The notes beneath the pieces were generated by a model. It was not told where the DNA came from. It was given only the letters and a program-made list of their open reading frames with translations, and searched no databases. DNA of 64,000 nt, taken from the NCBI GenBank assembly GCA_013115125.1, contig JABANN010000087.1, positions 1-64,000 on the forward strand. The letters run 5' to 3'. The translations under genes were made by a program, and so were the position numbers. Source of the DNA: Perkinsus olseni. Taxonomy: Eukaryota. Of the stretch, positions 13,057 to 25,699 are shown in pieces (position 1 is the stretch's first letter; each line of letters opens with the position of its first letter).

Positions 13057-13526
13057 TGGTTCTCATCGGAATTAGCGCGAACTGCATACCGCCTATCGAC
13101 CGATGAATTCGCCTTACCCGAAAGACTTCCCGCATTCTTGGCACTTCTCTGAGACCGCGAGGTCCATCGCTAAACAGTTGATCCAGAGGACGCTGCCTCC
13201 GAAACTCGATTCAACGCCAAGCGAAGGCTCAGTATCATCTCACAGAGTGCGCGCCGCTTGATCGATTTCCGAGGCCGAATATTCTCAGTTAGTTGTTGCT
13301 TTTGGGGAGTGTCCACAGTACGATCATGGAATCAAGCAAACACGACATTCACTCGAAGAAAACTTCAATCCCATTAGCAACGTGGTGCGATACGATGACG
13401 GCCCGATGAGGGTCGCCAAATCACGAGTAGTTCAAACATGGAAATACACTGAAAACTTCACTACCAATCTCTACACCAGCAAAAGATTCGTTTCTACGTA
13501 GTCAACAGCGTATGATGCAGGCAATG

Positions 13527-14555
13527 CTACGACCAGACACATTGATATGTTTTCAGCTGGATGCCTTCTCTCCCACCTCGCGTCAGATAGGCCAAGTGGA
13601 TGAGTCCATCCGGGCGGACCGCGACGTCGTAGAGACCCCGTACTGGGAATGCTATGAGCTCGCCGCAACTAGACCAATTGCCGGCTCCAAACTGGAATAG
13701 CTGAAGGCAGCAGGAGCCCTCTGGGTGACTGGAGTCCACGACTAAGATGGTCTCAGGATCGACCACTCTTATGTCTCGGGTGTAGTTGCGTCCACGTGGG
13801 ATAGAACTCACGACCTCACAATGAACAGTCGGATCAGTGAGCTCCTCCAGGCTCAACGTGACACGTACGACTTCATCCGCATAAACAAAAGCGGCAGTAT
13901 AGTGCTCTTTCTTGCCAGGAACGCGGCTTACGATGAAATCTCGAAGTCGACTGCCATAGAATCTACCACCATACGCCCAGAGCAGTCTTGTCTCACTGGC
14001 GCTGTTTTTGTCTCCCAAATCGACACACCGGAGGGCTATGGTGCGTTCGGTATTAACATAGGCGAGGAACACTAGGCCGTCAAGGCAGCGGAATTTGCTG
14101 CTCAACGCGTACTCGTCGTAGGTGCCAACATCAATTTCTCGACAGAACTCGGGGTCCTCGGGGTTGTACACGAAGATCCTGTGATACTCACAATCAAAGG
14201 CATACAGTCTATCGTTGGTATCGTCGTATTCATAACAGACTCTGTAGCCGTTTCGGATAGGCTCGAGCGAGGTTGCTTTAGAATCATCAACACATCGGGC
14301 CCTGGCCACCCTTCTTGTAGACTCGTCGACGACCCACAAAGAGTGTTTCCTCCTGAATACCAGCGAGGGGAGCTGCTCGGCTCTCAGAGGAGTACGATCA
14401 CGTTCGATCAAGCATGGCTTCCGCGGGCGAAAATACCGAGCCACGTCGCACTGCAGCTCAGGTAGCATGTCATGACAGTCTCTTGAGGCCCATAGCTGGT
14501 CTAGGGCGGCCAAATCAAGAGCATGAGCCTGATGGCGGTCCATTGGAACGAACAA
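13527..14555 (-). CDS. Intronless ~340-aa protein: degenerate F-box-like N-terminal motif plus beta-propeller-like region
   Basis: Long uninterrupted ORF. MLPELQCDVARYF resembles an F-box core. Downstream beta-rich repeats (YDDTNDRLYAFD, HRIFVYNPED, VAVRPDGLIHLAY). First ATG is at 14543. Confidence 0.6.
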   Translation of the reverse strand: MFVPMDRHQAHALDLAALDQLWASRDCHDMLPELQCDVARYFRPRKPCLIERDRTPLRAEQLPSLVFRRKHSLWVVDESTRRVARARCVDDSKATSLEPIRNGYRVCYEYDDTNDRLYAFDCEYHRIFVYNPEDPEFCREIDVGTYDEYALSSKFRCLDGLVFLAYVNTERTIALRCVDLGDKNSASETRLLWAYGGRFYGSRLRDFIVSRVPGKKEHYTAAFVYADEVVRVTLSLEELTDPTVHCEVVSSIPRGRNYTRDIRVVDPETILVVDSSHPEGSCCLQLFQFGAGNWSSCGELIAFPVRGLYDVAVRPDGLIHLAYLTRGGREGIQLKTYQCVWS

Positions 14556-14703
14556 AGATAGGTAGCACAGAAGGATATCGTACGAGTTGCCGGGTGTGAT
14601 GCGGTAAGCTCTCCAGTTTCAATCCACCCACGAGCGCCTATATCAATAATTGAATACTAAACGCTATTGTATGAACAGAAAAACAGGAACCATTAGCGCG
14701 GAA

Positions 14704-15816
14704 TCACTCAATAACGAGTTCTCTCTTGGCGTACTCGGAGAACTTTTCACGATTATTGTAGAAGATATCGTGTATCGCCGACACGTACCTATGAAACCGG
14801 CGATACTCGTTGAACCAGCGCTGAGGGATGGTAACAGGGCATAGTGGGCGAGGAGGCGCACAGTGACAATGGAGAAGACGTCGAGTGGATATCCTCTTAC
14901 TTGGCGTGCATAGTATTCACGGTGTCATCATCTTCCCAGGTGATAGGCTTGCCAACGACGACCACGAAATCCTTCAAGTGATTGGGACGAAACGATTTAG
15001 GGATTGGCATACCCATACCGAGGTTGTGCTGCAACCACTTTCGGAAGGGAAGCATGAAATTGCTCGTCTCTGAAGCACCAACACAACTGCATCCGAACCG
15101 TGCCTACCATCCGTGCTTACCATATGCTATCTGCTCTCCAAAGCAATAGCACGGCACGATCGGTATCTTCCCAGCATCTCTAGCTAGATAGATAAACCCC
15201 CTTCTTGATTTGCATATAATGGTATCATGAGTAGGGGAGTACGGCAGCAACTGTTCCTTCGTACCACCGAGAACTAAAGTTAGACTGTACCCCTGTTTCA
15301 GCGCTTTCATGCAGGTCGGGCGACCGGCGTCAATAACACCAAGTGCAAGCCAGAGCTCTCTCATTAGGGGGCATTTATAGCAGGCCGAAGCACTTAGACC
15401 ACAGGTAGCATGAGGGCAGTTGAAAAATAGATAGGGGTGACAGAAGGACATCACACCATGGGGGTGTACCGAGTATATGACTTGCGTGCACTGTTTCAGC
15501 GCACTTTCGTCTTCGTAAACAAGCGCGACATTATCGGCGAAGCTTTTAAGTGTCTTGGTGTAGGAGGCGCGGCAATGTTCGAATACCTTCGAGTTGTATC
15601 TGAAACGCATGATCAGTTCGATATCGGAAGGGAGCATTCAAAAACTTACTGGCATCTAGGCTCGTATTGCGAGGAATCTAGAAAGTACACGGAGTAAGCG
15701 AGGAGAAGACCTGATACAAACTGCCAGAACCCCAGACCCTTGCAAAGAGTTGGGCACAGGAACAATATCAGAGCGAGAGCGTCTTGTTGAGAACGGATCT
15801 TGAACGGAAATGCCAT
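14704..15816 (-). CDS. DGAT2: Diacylglycerol/monoacylglycerol acyltransferase (DGAT2/MOGAT family), copy A
   Basis: N-terminal hydrophobic segment, YSVHPHG motif, LVLGGTKE, RRGFIYLARDAG..IVPCYCFGE, VVGKPI, and C-terminus ...YAKRELVIE*. Confidence 0.9.
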
Positions 15817-15946
15817 CTTGAAAAGAAGAAACCTGCAAGGAACCGATCTCGTTTTAGTTGCACATAGACGAACACAAGTCTGTCTCAACTAGCTCGGCTA
15901 GTCTGAACGCGAAAGGAACTGAACAGTTTGTTTGGTACTAGCGTTA

Positions 15947-17098
15947 TCACTCAATGACTAGCTCGCGCTTCTCGTACTCGGGGTACTTGCTCTTATTATC
16001 GTAGAACAAATCGTGGATAGCTGAGATGTATCTAAGGTTTACACGAGTGGAGGTAGGCCAGCGGGAACATAGTCGTACTTAGCGTGCATGGTCGCTACTG
16101 TGTCATCCTCCTCCCACTCGATGGGCTTGCCGACCACCAGGGCAAAATCCTTCAAGTGCTTGGGACGCCAGGACTTGGGGAGAGGTAGGCCCATGCCCAA
16201 GTTGTGCTGAAGCCACTGGCGGAAAGGAAGCATGAAGTTGCTGGTTTCTGAAACCGGAACGAGCGTCTATTCTAGCTACATCACAGCAGCGTTCAATAGG
16301 AACCATGCGATGCTGAGACCGCCGGAGCATTTGCCGCCAATACAGGAATGTAGAAGCGAATGGCCAAGTCGCTACAAAGTGGAGTACTCACCGTAAGCTA
16401 TCTGCTCTCCGAAGCAATAGCACGGGATGATGGGTATCTTCCCAGCATCTCTAGCTAGATAGATGAACCCTCTCCTCGACTTGCATACGATGGTATCATG
16501 AGTGGGAGAATACGGTATCAACTGTTCCTTCGTACCACCAAGGACAATCGATAGACTGTAGCCCTCTTTGAGTGCCTTCATACACGTGCGACGACCAGCA
16601 TCAATGACTCCCATCCAGAGATACATCTCCCTCATTATGGGGAACTTGAAGCAGATAGATGCACCCAGGCCGCAGGTTTTCTGCGGGGCGTTCATGAAGA
16701 GCATGGGCGGGCAATATGACATCACCCCGTGCGGTTGGATGGAATAAATGACTTGAGGCTGTTTCTCGACGGCTTCGAAGTCCTCGTAGGTAAGCGAGAC
16801 CGTCTGGAAATATCCGCTGAGCATGCGGGCATCAGCATTGCGGATCCAATTGTAAATGCGTGGATGGTACCTGGAAGCGCTAACATGTTCTTCCTATCTT
16901 GCAAAGATGCACACAGGATACGCGAGAGACTCACCTTCGGCCGGGCTCGTACTGCGCGGAATCAAAGAAATAAACAGAGTAGGCCAGAAGAAGGCCCAGA
17001 AGGATCTGCCAGATCCCGAATCCACGGACCACCAAGGGTAAAACAGACAAGGCCAGGGCGAGGAGGGGTTGGGAATATACAACAACTCTCGATTCCAT
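15947..17098 (-). CDS. DGAT2: DGAT2/MOGAT family acyltransferase, copy B (tandem paralog)
   Basis: Same exon layout as copy A. Motifs YSIQPHG, IVLGGTKE, RRGFIYLARDAG..IIPCYCFGE, VVGKPI, and C-terminus ...YEKRELVIE*. Confidence 0.9.
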
Positions 17099-17869
17099 TT
17101 GTAGAAACAACAACTCCTGAGATAAGCGCATGCTTGCCCAACGTTTGTGTAGCTGTCCCGTCCTGCTGTGGTTAGGTATGATGACACACGATGGGACAGC
17201 AAGCGTGTTTTTGGAATATGTGCGGCCAGGCGACCCGCGACTACCCAATGACCAACTTTCCGATACTACCGAACAAACTAATAGCCGGTTTGCAGAGGAA
17301 GAAAGGACTCACATGGGAGCTGAGCTCGCAGCCCAAGGATTACAGAATTATTAGTCCGACCCAAGGACATCTCATTCAGAGGACAGATGAGAAAGTAGAG
17401 TGCGCTCAACTCAGCACGAGTAGCACATGAAAACGCATTGGCAGTGAATGACGTGATGGTATTCCGAGGTGGGCCCTCAATGCTGAGGTGCCATGAACTT
17501 GAGATAACTAGAGTAGGCACCGTCGGCAGGGGTGAGCACATGCACTGTGCAATTGTAATCTTGGGCGAACTTAACAAGATATGACCCGCAGACTCCAACA
17601 TCGGCCACAGCGAGGGCGGCAAAGCCCGAGGAGCTCTGATAGCTGCCGTTCACTCGACGACACCCGAAAATCCCAGGGAGGAAACGAATGGCAGAGAGGA
17701 GCCGAAGACCTGAACGACCGATTATGAAACGTTAACGAGCAGCAAGATTTTCGATCACAGGATTAGTTGGATTAGTTCGATAAGTTGCACAGGAGTTCAC
17801 AATTCCTCGACTCGACTGAGAACTTTAGCGAAAAATGAGTCAATACTAGACATAAACTCTGAAGTGCTA

Positions 17870-20800
17870 GAGGGATTCTAAATGATGCTCTCAGGCCTCT
17901 TATGAGGGTGGACATCCGCGCCTCTTAGTACAAAAAAAGAGAAGATATCAGTATTGAGAGGCCGTGTACTTCCCCAGCACTACATACATTCATCATTAGC
18001 GAGCCTGTCCGAGTTCAGCAACGCCCCAAGATCCTCAGCTGTACATGAGCGCTGCATGGATACTAGTTGATTCACTCTGTTTGCTTCTAACACAACCCCT
18101 GAAGAACACTTCGTCTTTTCACAGGCTTCAGTTTCATCCTACCCATAACAGCCTTGCGCTGCCGGTCGTCCAGCGGTGCCCCGTCCACGTCTTCAATCGT
18201 CATATCTCGGAGTGACGGCCGACCCATCAGTTGCGCTGCGGCCACTGCCAGCTCGTCCTCGGTAGGAGAGTCTTGCCAACGGCTGGAAAGTGACACCGCA
18301 TGAAGAAAATTATACGAGAACTATCCGATAATCCATCGGAGCCCATTGGCAACCTCACGGAAGCACATGAACAACGCGGAGTACCAATGCACTTGGTTGA
18401 ACGTATTCGTCATCAGCAATGAGTGCCCCAGCAACGTGCTAAGTCGGCAGTGCCGTAGCCGGAGGAACGCACGGTACGTCGATCGACGTAAACAAACTCT
18501 CATCACCCTGAGAGAGCCTAACTTACTCTAGCGGAAGCTGCAAACACTCCTGAGATATAAGCGGCGCAATGAGGAGCAGACGGATGGTCGGCTGGGATGG
18601 AAATGAGATGAAATCGAATATCCGCATCTGACGAGGAGGCAGGTCGTACAGACACTAGCGTATTGCTATGACGTTCTCGCGAATCTTAATTTCTCGGTCA
18701 ACCTAACCGAAACTGTGCATCAAACGAGCGAGCTATTCAGACTCTGTTTTAGGTGTGCATAAATACATTCCGAAATCCATCCTGCGAGAGTCAACCAGTC
18801 GTCTAGTGGAAGATCGGCGCAAAATATGTAGATCCGTCCCCCATCCGCACTACATCTCCTGCGTCAGCGTGAATTGCATGCATTTGCCTCGAAAAGGTAC
18901 AAGTAAGCTGTTCAAGTGCCGAGGACGTGAAGGCATTTGAGCCAATAGCTAAGCACCTGATAGGAAACACAGTCATGTGCGCTTAGCTCACATCTTGCGC
19001 CGAAAAGTCGGGAAGTCTCCCAACGCCTACTGCCTCAACTGCTCAGATTACGCATGCATCAATTGCAGGGAGAAATTCAAGTGCCAAACAAGGACCAGTC
19101 GGTAGCCGGTACGCGATGACGGATGTCGGCACCGACAGCTACCCTATAAGTAGCCGGTAAATGCACCACGCGCTTTCGAGTTGAGGTTCGCAATGAAATT
19201 TATGATATAAGCGACTGCGACACGCATCCACAGTACCACTAGAAATTCTGCCCTTTCCAGTGCTACTTTTGATCGGCTCGTCTGCAAGCTAATAACATAT
19301 CCATCTGGCTAACGGTACAAAAGCTCTGAGGGAACAGTCGCTGCACAAGGGCCGCCATGGCCACCTCCAGAGCCGCAGAGCTGTTCATCGACTGATTTGG
19401 AGGTATAGTACCTGGGCACGGAGCGGACGGATCACTATTAGACAACGAGTAACGCGCCGCACTAGAATGAACAAGCCAGTAGGAATTCTACTGTAGAATT
19501 CACGGCATGAACATGACAGCCGAACGTTCCGCTGCTGCCAACGATCGACCAATGTTTACTCGCCAAGCTAGCACTGATGGGAAGATTGGCGACAGGAGTA
19601 CGTCGTGCAGCGATAAAGCTGCCTTTAGCGGCCCTGTGTGAATATTACCATGCACAACAGCAGTGAAGCCCGAGATATCGATCCCACTCAACTGTCTCAA
19701 CTCCTGAATGAGGCTCCGTATAATCTGGCACCTACAGTAGGACAAACACGAGCTGCAGCATACTCTTAATCTATAATGACCACCAATGCTCTGAGCGGCT
19801 GACTGGCTCAGACTGAGCCCGGTCGGCATTTAACCCATTTTGATTTTGATTTTATTATAAAATCCCTTGACGAACGTTTCTCCGGGCCAGTGTCCTCGAG
19901 TAAAAATCCCGCACTACCAATCGCACTTTCGTACTTCCACTGCAGGTTCATCTCCATCCCCCTCGATAGGGGGCAGCTGGAAGGCACATACTGTGCCAGA
20001 CGATGTAGACACTACTCTGACCTAAAGGCATACTGCTCCGTCAAGGAGGCAATACTATTCAGACGCATGCTGTGAGAATCGTATATTGTGAGAATCAACA
20101 CTACAAAAGGAGCTGAATTGTTATGAGCAGACTCCTCCACCTCGAGACGACAACCTGCAGTCCCTTCTATAGCACCTCGGAGCTCTCCTGTCGTGCTCGC
20201 CCGACAATCACGGTGTATCGGTCCACAGCAACGCTCACCGATATGTTCTCATGGACAGCGCTGGTACCTAACGTCGACAGAGCCATGACGCCATAAAACT
20301 GCAGCGTAGGGGCTCTGAATGCTCAATCCGTACTCTTAATTTCGAAGATAATTTCTTCAAGAAATAGCACGAGAACTAATCGACTTGCACTGAGAAAGAT
20401 ACCCGAACCCCGTGTTTATGTTAATGACTCTGGGAGTCAGACTAACAAGCGTTCACTCCTTGCGGATGCATCATTCTCTCAATATTTTTGAAGTCTGACC
20501 ACTCATCGCCCGCTCGAAGGCTGATTGCAGGGCAGTTCGCGAATGAAAACGACCTTACCGAGAAGCGGTATGGCAGCTGGAGAGACACTGAACGCATCGG
20601 GTCGCTGGAGGAACTCTTGTTCATATCTCTTGGAAGCTTCACTCAAAAGGTCCCCCACAGCCACGGGCCCTTGAACACTCGGTTGCACCCCGGATGGAGC
20701 CGACATGAGTGTACTGATCGGAAAAGGCTGAAGCATTTATCTCGACCCACCAGGGATGAGAAAGCACTGTGATCTGTGTCGTGAGCCGGCTCGTGATTCC

Positions 20801-21300
20801 CGAATCGTGTGGACACCGCTTTGGAGTGTCTCACCAGAGCCAGGAGAGCGATCAGTCAATCACAATGCATGGCTTCGTGCGAGACCGAGTAGTATGTGTC
20901 AAGAACTGGAACACAACAGCACCTTAAAGCCATACTGCACTAGGAAGCTACAGAGAACATGGTGTTAGCAGGAAAGTTCGAATCCGTTGATTCCCATCAT
21001 CGCACCCTATCTCGCTTGCATCAAAGGCTGCACCGAAGCTGAGCGAAACGGTTGCTGATGTTAGTCGAAGCGGGAAATATTCGTATCCCGAATGACAGAG
21101 TTTGAAAATGTGTTCTTTTGACAAGCTTCATCGATTGCATGTCTTCCTTGTAGGTGGATCGAGCGAATCCCCATTAACCGTTCACGATTTCAGTTTTAGC
21201 GACGCTGTGGTACCTGGAGTGAGCATAGTGGACGACGTACATTGACAGAATGCAGCACCGTGACCCCTGAATACGGACGAACAAGTTGAGCGTACGTACG
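17870..21300 (-). CDS. One or more hypothetical multi-exon genes
   Basis: Protein-like minus-strand segments (e.g. GDLLSEASKRYEQEFLQRPDAF; IRSLIQELRQLSGIDISGFTAVVHG; WQDSPTEDELAVAAAQLMGR) separated by short intron-like gaps. No family recognised. Confidence 0.35.
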
Positions 21301-21456
21301 TCGTGCCGTACAACTCCTTCGGGAAATCACGGGGCCAGCCGGCGCATTGCTCTCGCTTTCCGGGAATTCCCGTGAAGTGACGAACCATATTCCAGTAGTC
21401 AACGTCGCATTAGTCTAAGCGTTCTCCCGTTGACCAGCTAGGCTTTTCTAATAGCG

Positions 21457-24400
21457 ATGGCCGAGGGATCAGCTGCTTCAGCAATGCAGCACACTAAGGA
21501 GGGCCGCGTTATCGTCCGGAACCTCTCCTACAGGGCAATGAAGCCTGACCTGCAAAAGTAACAGAGAGTCTTGTTCCCGTGAGAAAACCCATGTTCGAGC
21601 TTCAGGGCCATGGCGCGGTTCGGCAAGATCGAAGAAGTGGTCCTCGGTGAGAAGCCACACAACAAACCGAACTGGCCTTTCCCGCACGGGTATTAGAGGG
21701 CATGAGCGTCAGATGGCAGTATATAAAATGTCACAGGGCCTTCTCCCAGTAAAATGATTGTTCGAAAGCTCGTGAATCCTCACGGAGGAGGTCTCTTCGT
21801 CCCGAGAATTCGATAAATCGTTTTTCAGTGGATTCGCCTTCGTTCAATACTCGACGCGAAAAGATGCAGACAAGGCTGTTGCTGCCAGTGGCTCTACACA
21901 GGGTCTGAAGGTTAGGGGAAGACAGGTAGTAGACTCGGCTGCTAAATAATGGATGAGTGTGAGGTTATGCAGCAGAAGGCAAGAAATCATAGACTAGGGA
22001 GCCGATTGTAGCAACTGTCATATTGCTGCTTAGCTTGCGATGCGCAGCAGATTGACTATCGGTGAAAGCATACCTTCTCAGGTGGCTGTGGACCTCAGTG
22101 TAGACACTCGAACGTATGCTAAGAAGAAACGCGAAAGACGCCAAAAGGAGGTAGAGGAAGCGAAGAAGGAAGAGAAGAAGGAAAAGGAGAACGAAGAAGA
22201 GATAAAGGAGGAGCCACAGGAGGTAATAATTTTCGGCCGGATGAACGGATGATGATCGTGGGCTATCTGCAGCATGACGATGAAGATGATGACGAAGACT
22301 CCGAACAGTCTGAAAGCGAGGAGGACGAAGAAGAGTCGCCGAAGTCCAGGCCGAAGCGGAAGTGCGGTTTTGATTTGGACGAAGGCCGGACATTATTCGT
22401 AATACAGATAGGGACGCTTCGCAAGCACCCTAGTGGCTGGCGGAAATTCATTGAAGGAGAGGGTTGCCGTGGCTGACGTCCCGAAATGGGCCAGTGCGCC
22501 ATGAGTATCTTAGCGCGCCATGATCAATATCATGTAATCAGCAATTCTATGACACTGGGCCTGCTCGATGGCCCGAGCGCGTATTTAGCCTGCCTCAATA
22601 GCTTTGGCCGACCTTGCCGACCCCCAATGGTGAGCAGGTCTTCAGCCTCGATTGTTCAGATCCGCAACCTCCCCTTCACGTGTACAATACCCGATGTCGT
22701 CTCAGCGTTAACGGAACAGCTGAATGCGGAGGGTGATGCGGTCAAAGACCCTGTCACTTTTGTCAAGTTCGTTGGCGGCGGTGAACACCCCTCGAGCGGG
22801 AAGGCATTCGTTAAAATGCGTAATAGCTCTGAACTCAACCCGAGCTTCTTATGGGTCTCTGCTCAGGCTCCAGCGAGGTCGCCGACAGACTGTTGGACAT
22901 CGAGGAGCAAGCAAATAGGGTAGTGATGAACGGGAACGTGGGAAGGGTCATTGGTACGATTAGCCGTCGCGACCACAGTCTTCCTCGTGATTCATTCTGA
23001 GATCATTCTAATCGCGCGAGACTTTCTCCCGATATAACATGTGTATAAGGTGTGAATGCATGGACCGTAGTCTATGGTCCGTAGATGTATTTCCAATCTG
23101 GTCCGTGATCGCGCTAACACGTGCCGTCTCCTTCCACGACTGTGTAACTTGCCGCCGAGCGACGCAAAAGGGAGTTCTTATCGTCTTAGAATGGCCAGGT
23201 GTTGACTGTTGCTCTCCACCGGCAAATGCATGCGCATGCTTCATGTTTGCGTACGGCGTGACCATAGACCGACTAGTTGCTACGGAGCGCAGGAGACCAA
23301 AACTGATCCAGGTTCTTGGTCTGGCCGCGAAGGAAGCGAAATCCATGAGCAGTGCCGCAGCAACCGCCAATCTAGAGGGTATCGGTATACACGTTGGAGG
23401 AAGGAGAGTAGTGGTCAACAGGGCTATCAAACCTGATGAGGTGATGGGGGAATCTTTTGTTGGACATGGCTTGATACATCGATTTGGGGTTGAAACGAAG
23501 TCTTAGGGCGTCTCGCTGTTCGACTGCGAGAGATAGCATATTTTTTCTCAAGGTCGCCGCTGCTGCCGAGAAGAAATCGCAGGCGGATAGTAAGAAGAAC
23601 TTGCATTTACTCAAGGAGGGATATATAGACCCTGGTATGCTCTTTCGGGTACACCAAGGAGTTCTCCGCTTCATTCTCGTGCGATTCATTCAGAATCCCA
23701 AGAGTTCTTGCAGCTGAGTGCTTCTGAAAAGCGACTTCGAGAGGCTTCTTGGAAGGAGCGAAAGTGAGCGAAGCCCGCCCGCAAGTCCGTCCGAGATGAT
23801 TCAACTCAGATATAAGATGTACAATAATACCAACTTCATCATCAACCCCTTGCGGCTGTCTATTCGTAACCTGGCTGTTCACACGACCAAACAGTCACTC
23901 AAACACGCCATTGACGAGGCCCTCAAGGAGGCTAATGTCAAGGCGAGTACTAGGCACTCCGTGAAGGTAGTGAACGGCGGGCGATGGACTCCACCCATGC
24001 TCTGTTGGGGTTCTCATGCGGAGAACCATTGCCTGGGTGTTGCTGATGCATCCATGGTGTCGTCCTACGGGGCGATTGAAATAATCCTGCGCCACGTTCG
24101 AAGTGCTAACTGGCGCGCTCTTGATGATGGATTTTTTCAGGTGACTGTGTTGGTCGATGAAGAGAGACGAGTACCGATACCTGGTGGCGAGGAGGGAGCT
24201 ACCACCAAGCGATGCAAAGGATTCGCTTTCGCAGACTTTAGGAACAACCAGGTTGCTTTGAAGTGCCTGAGAATGATGAATAACAACAACAAGTAGTACT
24301 CGAGGTGGCTGCCGGCGAGTTGCGGTCAATGCTGGATCTGGCGTGAACTCACAGTTGCACGCCCGGACTGAAAATCAGAGTGCATTGAGATTGAAGGCAA

Positions 24401-25574
24401 TTGAAGAGCCCTAGATAGCTTACACTGGCATAAGCCTCGGTTCTCAACCCTGGAGTTATAGCTGGGTTCTTGCCGTCCACCGGATTCTTTATACGGTCGT
24501 AGAATTGGTGGAAATCAGCCGTCGAGCAATTTCCCAACTTCTGAGCTGGAAGGGCATTGGGCCGCAGGTACTTGGACTCGGACCGTCGTGCTATTGTGGA
24601 ATTCGCCATCGAGGACAAACGGGCTTTGAAGCAACTGGAGCACTCTAAGAAGAAGCAGATTGAGAAGAAAAAGGAAATGGTCAGGCGGGTGTGCCAGATG
24701 ACCTCCATCGCGACGCTAGTGCAACTGCTCGAAACTCTGAATCGGGATCGTGTGTACTGATTCAGGAGGTCCAGAAAGATATTGAGAAGTCTCACAAGGG
24801 AGGGAGAGGTGCGCGGCAACGAGCCGCTAGGCGCAAGAGGGCTGAGGAAATGGTAGCAGCCGATGATGGCAGTGACGCAGCTGCTGATAAGGTCATAGGG
24901 GTGTTACCTGCCGCGAACTCGCGCGAAATCTCAGCTTCTATCAAAGAGGGCGAAGTGGGTCTTGAAGGGTTTTGCGACTCGAGAGGCTCAACGTCCCTCC
25001 GACGCAGTATGCTCAGGCTGAGGCTCCCAAGGTCGCCACTGAGGCCAACGAGGCCGCGACGGGTAGCGGATCACCTCGCAAGAAGTTGGGCCCTGCCGCT
25101 AGACGCCGAGCTCGTCGTAAGGAGCAAAAGGAAGAGAAGAGGAAGGAGAAGGTGAGGGGTCGGGTGGGACGGGTCGGGTGACGCTTGATGCCTAAGCTGC
25201 GCCAGGCTGACTCTTTTCCGAGCAATGTTATTGTAATCGGCCAAGAACGGAATTCTCGCTTTGGCACATCAGAAGTGTCAACATCGATTTCTAATCTTTT
25301 TGGACGACTTAAGTGACTTTGTGCTCAGGCCCCCTCTTCCGACCTGGCCGACGATCGGCATGAGCTAGAGAGGCTCGCTCAAGCAGTGGCTAAGTCCCGG
25401 CAGGAGAAGCCCGATGGTATCATATTTCCAATGCTGCTCTCTAGACTACCAGGTTTTCCAGATACTGAATTTCCGTCGAGAGTTCGCCGACGCTCCGGCA
25501 AGAAGCGAGAGGCCGATAAGCTGTTGGAGACTGAGGAACGGTATCTCTCGAAGGTCCGTCGGATGCAAGAGTAA
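21457..25574 (+). CDS. NOP4: Nucleolar multi-RRM protein NOP4/RBM28
   Basis: GRVIVRNLSY..GFAFVQY..RGRQVAVD, an acidic tract, DLDEGRTLFIRNLPF..GKAFVK..GGRRVVVNRA, KNLHLLKEGYI, NTNFIINPLRLSIRNL..CKGFAFADF..RAIVEFAIEDKRALK, and a Lys/Arg-rich tail. Confidence 0.9.
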
Positions 25575-25699
25575 TAGCAACCCTACCAACGTCATTGTTC
25601 ACTAACGTTTCTCCAGTCGTGTGGGCGTTGTCTTGTGATGAAAACTCAATTCAGCCGCGTGCGCAGAACATCAGGGTTTAGTGCATGTATCATAGTTGA

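Noticed and set aside
21965..22502. Hydrophobic and Ser-rich minus-strand ORFs (LLLYLFFVLLFLL; SSSSSS)
   Set aside because: These are antisense shadows of the Glu/Lys/Asp-rich tracts of NOP4.
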